Shown here piece after piece: positions 17,940 through 24,532 of a DNA stretch of 41,690 nucleotides. Origin of the DNA: a virus. Taxonomy: Duplodnaviria; Caudoviricetes. Positions within the stretch are counted from its first letter, which is position 1; every line of letters begins with the position of its first letter. The stretch lies in the IMG/VR virus record IMGVR_UViG_3300034052_000006, positions 1 to 41,690 of that record; one strand, given 5' to 3'. The notes below the pieces were generated by a model, which did no database searches, had not been told where the DNA came from, and worked only from the letters and a program-made list of their open reading frames with translations. The translations under genes were made by a program, and so were the position numbers.

Positions 17940-18086
17940 ATGAGCAGACACGGATGGTCCGGCTTCTCGGAGGACGAGATCGAGGACATGGCTGGGCTGT
18001 GCCGGATCGACAAGAACGCAGAGAACGATGAGCCCGAGGAAGAAGATGTCTTAATTAAGACAACTGGGGAGGAGGGCGAGGAATGA
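17940..18086 (+). CDS. Small very acidic protein (48 aa, below the track cutoff)
   Basis: AGGAG RBS; MSRHGWSGFSEDEIEDMAGLCRIDKNAENDEPEEEDVLIKTTGEEGEE*. The stop overlaps the next ATG. Confidence 0.65.
   Translation: MSRHGWSGFSEDEIEDMAGLCRIDKNAENDEPEEEDVLIKTTGEEGEE
18047..18062. repeat. Palindrome copy 6 (intragenic)
   Basis: Exact copy; read in frame as VLIKT in the 17940 gene and lies just upstream of the 18083 RBS. Confidence 0.97.
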
Positions 18087-18292
18087 TCTGGGAACACGGG
18101 AACCCTGGCTCTGCCCAGGCGTGCAAGAAGGGGTGTCGGTGCCCCGTCTCGGACAACGGACACGGGAGAGGAATCGTTGGCGGATACGGGGGGACCGAGA
18201 AGGAACCCGCCTTCTGGATCAACGCTTCCTGCCCACTCCACGGCACGGTGTTCAAGGACAAACACAAGGGGAAGCCCGATGAAAAAGGCTGA
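18083..18292 (+). CDS. Small Cys/His phage protein (putative Zn-binding)
   Basis: NPGS..A...GCRCPVSDN.HG.G...FWI...CPLHG pattern, which I recognise from small phage hypothetical proteins. GGAGG RBS. Confidence 0.7.
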   Translation: MIWEHGNPGSAQACKKGCRCPVSDNGHGRGIVGGYGGTEKEPAFWINASCPLHGTVFKDKHKGKPDEKG

Positions 18293-18518
18293 CCTAAAGA
18301 AACTTTCCGCTGAGTTAAAGCGGCGGAACATCAAGCTCTTCGTGGAAGGCGAGTACCTCTGCGCGGTAGGCCAGCGCATGGACTTGTACTCCATGGTTTC
18401 CAAGCTGTCGGACAATGCCCGGCAGATCGCTGATACAATCACTTCTTCAGCCCCCGAGAGAGGAGGTTCTGGGCTATCCGTGATCGGTAAGGATCACATT
18501 TACATCACTATCAAATAG
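18279..18518 (+). CDS. Hypothetical protein (79 aa)
   Basis: Probable start ATG 18279 (MKKADLKKLSAELKRR), overlapping the previous gene. Confidence 0.6.
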   Translation: MKKADLKKLSAELKRRNIKLFVEGEYLCAVGQRMDLYSMVSKLSDNARQIADTITSSAPERGGSGLSVIGKDHIYITIK

Positions 18519-18534
18519 TCTTTGAGGAGACGCC

Positions 18535-19605
18535 ATGGAAATGGTACATAGCAAGACGGCAGTAGAAACACTGGGAGAGGTACACATCCTCACCCCTGAA
18601 ACCCTGATGAAGGTAGCCCTGACTGGCGAGATGAATGGCCTGAGTCAGAGCCAACTCATGCAGGTGTACCTGGAGAAGTGCTACCGCGTGGGGCTGGACC
18701 CTGCCACCTATCCGTTCCAGCTTCTGGAACTGAACAGCAAGCTGATCTGGTACGCGACCAAGGCCTGTGCCCATGGGCTCACCAAGAAGCACGGCCTGTC
18801 TGTCACCTGCATCACGCAGGACATCAAGGAAGATGGAGCGGTGGTGATGTACCGCTGCTCCGGCCCTGGCATTGGCGGAGAGATGCGGGACTGCGATGAC
18901 ATCGGCGTGGTGGATCTCACCGGGCTGAAGGGGGAGCGCCGCTCCAACGCGATCATGAAAGCCCACACGAAGGCCAAGCGCAGGGCTGTCCTGTCCTGGT
19001 CTGGGCTGGGCGAGAGTGACGAGGAGGAGCTTGCGTCTATCCCGGGTGCCAAGGTCGTGCCCTTCACGACCACCGAACCTGTCGAACTGTCCGGCATGGC
19101 CCGGGCCAAGGTCGAGGAGATGCTGGAGATGATGAGGTCCATGTACCTCTCGGCCAGTGTGGACGCTGCCTACGACAGGCTGAAGCTGAAGCTGGCTGCT
19201 GCCTCTACCTCGGGTGAGTGCGATGAGATCGTGGACGAAGCCTACGGTGCAGTGAAGGTGGCCTGGGATAAGAAGCACCCGCCTCCGGCAGCCCTGCCTG
19301 AACCCCACAAGCTGGACTACCCTGGGGTCCAGGCCGCCCTCCAGGCCATAGCTCTCAACACGCTCGAACCCACGGACAACGAGTTCCAGTCCCTGCTCGA
19401 ACGGGTGTATGACGAGATGTACCGCCCTGCTGTCGAGCGTACCACCGGACCCAGGCACGAAGCCCACTGGCAAGCATCCCGCCGCAAGCACACGACCGTC
19501 TCCGCGAAGGGCTACAAGTTCTGCATCCTGCGCTTGGCTGAAGAAGCTGAGCGGCTCAACGCTGAGGGCACCCCTGCCCCGGACGGAGGTTCCACCGATG
19601 ACTAG
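18535..19605 (+). CDS. RecT/Red-beta-like ssDNA annealing protein
   Basis: C...GLDP...PF....LN.KL..YATK and NAIMKAHTKAKRRAVL...GLG..DEEE motifs; adjacent to the YqaJ exonuclease gene. Confidence 0.75.
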   Translation: MEMVHSKTAVETLGEVHILTPETLMKVALTGEMNGLSQSQLMQVYLEKCYRVGLDPATYPFQLLELNSKLIWYATKACAHGLTKKHGLSVTCITQDIKEDGAVVMYRCSGPGIGGEMRDCDDIGVVDLTGLKGERRSNAIMKAHTKAKRRAVLSWSGLGESDEEELASIPGAKVVPFTTTEPVELSGMARAKVEEMLEMMRSMYLSASVDAAYDRLKLKLAAASTSGECDEIVDEAYGAVKVAWDKKHPPPAALPEPHKLDYPGVQAALQAIALNTLEPTDNEFQSLLERVYDEMYRPAVERTTGPRHEAHWQASRRKHTTVSAKGYKFCILRLAEEAERLNAEGTPAPDGGSTDD

Positions 19606-21091
19606 CGTGTACAACCGATATGCCTGTCACACCATCCCGCAAGGGACTGCTGACTGGCACAGGCAGCGTGACCTTTGCCACTCTGCCAGCGAAGTTGCTG
19701 CCATGGTCGGAGCCTCCAGGTGGGAAACCCCCCAGCGGTACCTGGAGAAGATGAAGATCGCTGCGATGGCCCACCTCGCAGGGCGCGAAACCCCTGGCGC
19801 TGCGCGTGCTGCGCGTGAGTCCGCCATGGCACCCGACCCCAAGAACATGAAGCTGCGGCTCGGCCACCACATGGAAGAGTTCATGCTCAAGGAATACGCC
19901 ATCCAGAACGGCAGCAAGCGGGACATCAACATCATCTACCCTGGCGGCCTGTACATGGCGGTTATTAACCCCGCCGTCTACCTGCCGTCCCCGCCTCCTC
20001 CTACTGGCGGGAAACTGATGGCTAGTCTGGATGCGCTGAACTTCGACAGCATCCGCAACCTCCACGCAGCCTACCCGCCCGAGGCAGTCAACACCGAGGA
20101 CGGGTACTGCATGGTCCCAGCCTTGTCGATGAACCCGCACGAGGGCGGCCACTCGACTTCGATTGAACCTGCAACGATGGCCGCGCCCAAAGGGGCATGG
20201 TGTACCTACGGTCCCAAGACGGATGCCTTCATGACCTTCCACTGCCGGGTGATCGAGTGCAAAGTTGTCGATCCCAAGTACTTCAAGGGCGAACCCCTGG
20301 AGGAACACCTGTGGCAGGTCGAGGCCCAGATGCTGGCGACTGGGACCAAGAAGGCAACCCTGCTCTACATGGTGGGGACCAAGCTGCACACCTTTGACCT
20401 CGATGCCGATCCCGTGAAAGCCCAGTTCATCCTGGAAACCATCGAGTACATGGATCACTTGATACTCCACGACCGCAAGTACGACCCTGCTGAGGCACCC
20501 CGTCTTGTCGGTGGTAGCCCATCCGTCAGCGTGCCTCAGACCAAGGGCGACATCGTGGAGGCTACGCTGATCGACTCCATCCTGCTCCTGGATGGGGCGA
20601 AGGACGAGATCGACAAGCAGATCGATGAACTGAAGGACGATCTGAAGCGGACTCTTCGGGATCAGTTGCCCGATGGTGAAACCAAGATTGAGTGCCACCC
20701 TGAGGACGCGAATGGCTATGCGTCCTTGGCGATGGTGGCACCTGCCCCCAAGCCCAACCTTGAACGCGCCCTCGAACTGGCAGTCGGCGAAGACAAGGCT
20801 GCCTACGATGCCTTCGTCATTGCGGCTGGCACCATCACCCCCAAGCCTTACGAGCGTCTCCTCGTGAAGCCGAACGCGACCTCGCCAGTGGAGAAAGAAG
20901 CCACGAAGATCAAGCGGACACCGAAGAAGAAGATGCCCACGACCTGGGGTCCAGTCTCCTCTGTCCCAGAGTTGAGCCCAGAAGTGAGGGCTAAAGTGAA
21001 GGCTGAAATCTTTCGTCAGTACCAAGAATCCTCCGGCAGCGCGACAGCCGAACGCTGGCGCGAGATTGCGAAGGGGGTGAAGGGTGAGTGA
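19598..21091 (+). CDS. YqaJ/lambda-exonuclease family protein
   Basis: GGAGG RBS at ATG 19598. Motifs QGTADWHRQR, SASEVAAMVG, GHHMEE, MASLDA, VIECK and WQVEAQM..TG. Confidence 0.88.
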   Translation: MTSVYNRYACHTIPQGTADWHRQRDLCHSASEVAAMVGASRWETPQRYLEKMKIAAMAHLAGRETPGAARAARESAMAPDPKNMKLRLGHHMEEFMLKEYAIQNGSKRDINIIYPGGLYMAVINPAVYLPSPPPPTGGKLMASLDALNFDSIRNLHAAYPPEAVNTEDGYCMVPALSMNPHEGGHSTSIEPATMAAPKGAWCTYGPKTDAFMTFHCRVIECKVVDPKYFKGEPLEEHLWQVEAQMLATGTKKATLLYMVGTKLHTFDLDADPVKAQFILETIEYMDHLILHDRKYDPAEAPRLVGGSPSVSVPQTKGDIVEATLIDSILLLDGAKDEIDKQIDELKDDLKRTLRDQLPDGETKIECHPEDANGYASLAMVAPAPKPNLERALELAVGEDKAAYDAFVIAAGTITPKPYERLLVKPNATSPVEKEATKIKRTPKKKMPTTWGPVSSVPELSPEVRAKVKAEIFRQYQESSGSATAERWREIAKGVKGE

Positions 21092-21416
21092 CGCGCTCCC
21101 CTGTGAAGGGATCAAGATCAGCCGTTTCGATGGCATGAACGGGACCGAGGCGAAGTACGCCCAGTGGCTAGACCACGACAGCACCGTGTATCGGTGGTGG
21201 TTCAACCCCTTCGGGATGCGCCTCGCCAGGGCTACCCACTACCACCCTGACTTCCTCATCCAGAGGACCGATGGCTTGCTCGAACTCCACGAGGTCAAGG
21301 GGTTCTGGCGGGACGATGCCAGGGTGAAGGTGAAGATCGCCGCTGAGATGTACCCATTCCCCATCTCTATCGTGACCTACTCCAAAAAGGAGGGCTTCCA
21401 TGTCGAACCCGTCTAG
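21084..21416 (+). CDS. PD-(D/E)xK endonuclease (DUF1064-like)
   Basis: MNGTEAKYA...YHPDFLI...LHEVKGFWRDDARVKVK. Confidence 0.8.
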   Translation: MSDALPCEGIKISRFDGMNGTEAKYAQWLDHDSTVYRWWFNPFGMRLARATHYHPDFLIQRTDGLLELHEVKGFWRDDARVKVKIAAEMYPFPISIVTYSKKEGFHVEPV

Positions 21417-21657
21417 CCCCCCTGATCCGCTGCCGCTCTCTGAGAAGCTCACCCCCATCAAGTTCTACATCACCCCTCCTGAAAAGGATCTGGAGGGCAA
21501 GCTCTTACCTACCTGGAAGATCGGATTCTCTTACGAAGTCAACCTCAAGAAGTGGGGGTTTGTTGTGTATGCCCCCGGCACATGGTCCCAAGAGCAGGTG
21601 GTATCATATGCCCTAGAGTGGCAGAGGATGATCCTTAGCCACATGGAGAAACAATGA
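21400..21657 (+). CDS. Hypothetical protein (85 aa)
   Basis: AGGAGG RBS; overlaps both neighbours. Confidence 0.65.
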   Translation: MSNPSSPPDPLPLSEKLTPIKFYITPPEKDLEGKLLPTWKIGFSYEVNLKKWGFVVYAPGTWSQEQVVSYALEWQRMILSHMEKQ

Positions 21658-22331
21658 CATGGGACGCCAAAAACTTAGTGATGGATACACTGCTCGGCAA
21701 AGGTACATCCTACGCCACCGGGTTCTTGGACGGTGTATCGACTGCCCTTGCAGTCTTGAAGAAGACGAACGGGCAGCCGGACACGCTCGATGCTCTCGTT
21801 GCCGGGAGCGTAGACGAGGACGCTACAAGCAAGAAGTCGATACAGCAAAGGCTCTCATCGCAGCCCTCAGCGGTGGAAAGGAAGGGGGGTAAGTACTACC
21901 ACCGCTTAGCGCCATCCGATATGCCTTCTGTCGGGGCACGCTATGCCACCATCTGGAGGAAGCACCTGCTTGAAACTGGGCGGAACCCCGACAACATCGT
22001 GCTGATGCAGTGGGTGCTGAGCTTCGTAGACAGGGGGGACTACCTGACCTCCCATGAGCTAGTCCGTGCATACCGCACCATGCGTGCTGTCGGGGCCTCG
22101 CAGCCACCCGATGAAGTCATCGAGGTCGCAGACAGCATGGACTTTGTGCGGCTCCAGGCCGGGTTCTACTCGGCACTGAAGTTCATGGAGCGAGAAGGCT
22201 GGGCCATCCGTGAGCCCGTCATGGAACACGCACGGAGCTACGAAACCGAAACGCAGAACACAGGCGGGAGGTACTGCTTCCTCTTCAGAGTCACCGACCT
22301 GCCCATCTTCCCGAGGAAACCCCATGCTTGA
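21654..22331 (+). CDS. Putative tandem winged-helix DNA-binding protein
   Basis: The N-part TSKKSIQQRLSSQPSAVERKGGKYYHRL is HARE-HTH-like. The C-part VLSFVDRGDYLTSHELVR...GFYSALKFMEREGWAIRE...GGRYCFLFRVT is PadR-like. Confidence 0.55.
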   Translation: MTWDAKNLVMDTLLGKGTSYATGFLDGVSTALAVLKKTNGQPDTLDALVAGSVDEDATSKKSIQQRLSSQPSAVERKGGKYYHRLAPSDMPSVGARYATIWRKHLLETGRNPDNIVLMQWVLSFVDRGDYLTSHELVRAYRTMRAVGASQPPDEVIEVADSMDFVRLQAGFYSALKFMEREGWAIREPVMEHARSYETETQNTGGRYCFLFRVTDLPIFPRKPHA

Positions 22332-22776
22332 TGAAACCCTTGAACCCACCGTTGTCCTGCCCGGCAAGGTTGTCCGTGGTGCCACCTACATCGGCACCGT
22401 CACGAAACAGGCCACCAAGATGGGAACCACCACGGGTGGCACCCACTACATGAACTTCTCCATCACCATCCCCCATGTGGAGAAGGGGGAGAACGGCTAC
22501 CAGAAGCCCTTCTACATGGGCATCACCCTCTACTCGAAGGAGATCGATGGCTTCCGCTGCCGCCCTGGAGCGCACGATGTGGTCATGGTGTCCGGCCTTC
22601 GGACCCGGGCCAATGTCGGCAAGAACGGCATCGCCTATGTCGAAGGCGTAGGCTGGGGCGACCACATCGACATCATCAGCAAGAAGGGCGAGAAAGCCAC
22701 CGGGGTTGGAGGCTTGCCTGTATCTTCGCCCGTTCCGCGCAGGTCCGCTGCCGAGGAGGATGACATCCCATTCTGA
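22324..22776 (+). CDS. ssb: Single-stranded DNA-binding protein
   Basis: OB-fold-like strand pattern and the canonical acidic C-terminal tip EEDDIPF. GAGG RBS before ATG 22324. Confidence 0.8.
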   Translation: MLDETLEPTVVLPGKVVRGATYIGTVTKQATKMGTTTGGTHYMNFSITIPHVEKGENGYQKPFYMGITLYSKEIDGFRCRPGAHDVVMVSGLRTRANVGKNGIAYVEGVGWGDHIDIISKKGEKATGVGGLPVSSPVPRRSAAEEDDIPF

Positions 22777-22777
22777 G

Positions 22778-22793
22778 TGTCTTAATTAAGACA
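22778..22793. repeat. Palindrome copy 7
   Basis: Exact copy, 1 nt after the ssb stop and abutting the convergent terminator. Confidence 0.97.
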
Positions 22794-22795
22794 AT

Positions 22796-22825
22796 GAAAA
22801 GGCCCCGTGAGGGGCCTTTTCTTTT
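22796..22825. terminator. Bidirectional intrinsic terminator between the convergent arms
   Basis: GAAAAGGCCCC-GTGA-GGGGCCTTTTC-TTTT, with U tails available on both strands. Confidence 0.9.
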
Positions 22826-22831
22826 GTCTGC

Positions 22832-23374
22832 CTACGCCAAGGCGCAGGTCAAGACAAAGTGCCAGCCGTCCGTGTTCGCGCTACGCACGACACGGATTGC
22901 GTTGATACCACTCAGGTCTTCGAGACGGATCACGACAAGAGCGGAGTCAGCGATGGCAGTGGGGGAACCGAGGAGCGGCAAGGCTGCTGACGCAGCGTTC
23001 CGAACAAGGGAGAAGTCGGCCCAAGTGGTGCCCTGGTCCTTGGACACCTGCACCTTGAAGGTAGTCGTTCCAGGGCCAGCGCCGTAGATCTTGCCGGAGA
23101 TGAAGATGTCCGACACGAGGCTCTTCATGGAATGGAGAGGGCCTCCCCTGGTACCAGAGACACCATCGCTGGCACCGCACACATCAACCCGACCGTAGCG
23201 GTAGGAAGAAGTGATGACGCCCGTAGTGGTGCCGCCGCCGTTGGAATCCCACAGGACGCTATTCACGGAGCCACTGATGGCTGCGTCAATAGCCTCAACG
23301 AACATACGGGGAGGCACAACGGGAGCGTTCTTGGGGTGCTTGGAATGGCGGGGCGCGATGTTCGGGTAGGTCAT
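22832..23374 (-). CDS. Putative beta-sandwich virion protein
   Basis: AGGAG RBS; FKVQVSKDQGTTWADF Asp-box-like motif and AIRVV. Confidence 0.6.
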   Translation of the reverse strand: MTYPNIAPRHSKHPKNAPVVPPRMFVEAIDAAISGSVNSVLWDSNGGGTTTGVITSSYRYGRVDVCGASDGVSGTRGGPLHSMKSLVSDIFISGKIYGAGPGTTTFKVQVSKDQGTTWADFSLVRNAASAALPLLGSPTAIADSALVVIRLEDLSGINAIRVVRSANTDGWHFVLTCALA

Positions 23375-23382
23375 GGCTTCTC

Positions 23383-23745
23383 CTATGTGGTACGAAGGGT
23401 GAGATTGCAGACAACTGCTTCAGTGGTCCCAGTCTTCACCAGACGCAAGCCCGTGCAGGGCGGGAGAGGGTTGTACAGGTACACACCAGCGAGATTGCTG
23501 GAGGCCCCAGCCAGGGCACCAGTCGTAGCGACCGTGGGGCGGATGGCAGCGGTCCAGGTCTTGCCCCTGTTCAAGGAGATCTGAAGGCCGACCGTATCAG
23601 AAGAGTTCCCGGTGACTTCGAGGGCTGCACACGCGAACCCTGACGGGTCAATGCCATACACCGCGCCCGTAGCAGCAGTGACATCGGTGACTCCGGCTGC
23701 CACCGAGAAGGATGCAGACCGTGTGACGCAGAGTTCGGGGTTCAT
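23383..23745 (-). CDS. Putative beta-sandwich virion protein
   Basis: LQISLNRGKTW motif and GLRLV; Thr/Ala/Gly-rich. Confidence 0.6.
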   Translation of the reverse strand: MNPELCVTRSASFSVAAGVTDVTAATGAVYGIDPSGFACAALEVTGNSSDTVGLQISLNRGKTWTAAIRPTVATTGALAGASSNLAGVYLYNPLPPCTGLRLVKTGTTEAVVCNLTLRTT

Positions 23746-23964
23746 CTAGCTCACCTTCGGGGGGGCAGTGCGGTCGATCAGACCGAGGGTGGCGAGAAGG
23801 GCAGCCGCAATCGTCAGCAGCTTGGCCGCGAAGGCGACAACATTCTTGTCCATCTTGTAGACGCCGTAGGCTTCGATTGCCTGTTGACCAGCCAGGATGA
23901 GGGCACCCCACCAAGTCTTGGAGCCGAACAGGTTCCCGATGCTGATGTTCTTGAAAAAGTTCAT
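23746..23964 (-). CDS. Putative holin
   Basis: 72 aa with two hydrophobic helices, an SKTWWG motif and a GGAGG RBS; adjacent to the endolysin. Confidence 0.65.
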   Translation of the reverse strand: MNFFKNISIGNLFGSKTWWGALILAGQQAIEAYGVYKMDKNVVAFAAKLLTIAAALLATLGLIDRTAPPKVS

Positions 23965-23989
23965 ACCGCCTCCGTGTTGTTAGGATAAG

Positions 23990-24532
23990 TCAGGCTGGAG
24001 GAAATCTCCAGGCCCGGAAGAGCCAGCCAGTTAAGAAGACATTCTGAGTCGGGTCTTTCTCCGCGATAGCCCGGTACTTGTTCTCACAGATCTGCCCGAG
24101 GATGGACAGCATGGGCTCTTCGGGGATGGTATTCAAAACAGCGAGGGTCTTAGGCCCGAAAGACCCGTCTGTTTTTAGTGGAGTAGTTGCCTCGGCTGAG
24201 CCGTTTAACTCCTCTTGAACCCACTTAATAACACGGGCAGGGCCGAACTGGATCGACATATCGAACAGCTTCCGCGCCACCCTTCGGCTCTTCACCCCAT
24301 CGCAGAACCAGTAGTCCTTCCTGAGGATGTCCTTCGCAGTCTCAAGCGGCAGGTCTTTCATCTCGCCCATGTACCCATGCCTCCGTGCCGTGGCTTGGGT
24401 GACACCATACTTGGTCGGTCCGCCCTTGTCTCTAGGGTGGTGGACATACCCTCCCTCGTTCCGAAGGATGTAGTGCCACACGGGGTCATCGTATGGGAGT
24501 TCAGTCTTCACGGCTTCCTCCATGGTGAGCAT
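23990..24532 (-). CDS. Endolysin, glycoside hydrolase family 108 with PG_binding_3-like C-terminus
   Basis: ILRNEGGYVHHPRDKGGPTKYGVT catalytic motif; DGSFGPKTL and FLTGWLFR. Confidence 0.92.
   Translation of the reverse strand: MLTMEEAVKTELPYDDPVWHYILRNEGGYVHHPRDKGGPTKYGVTQATARRHGYMGEMKDLPLETAKDILRKDYWFCDGVKSRRVARKLFDMSIQFGPARVIKWVQEELNGSAEATTPLKTDGSFGPKTLAVLNTIPEEPMLSILGQICENKYRAIAEKDPTQNVFLTGWLFRAWRFPPA

Noticed and set aside
19556-21205. Long antisense ORFs (e.g. 19556-21205, 12154-13374, 18511-19614, 30523-31899, 36207-37535)
   Set aside because: These are shadow frames of GC-rich genes with biased codons and show no recognisable motifs.
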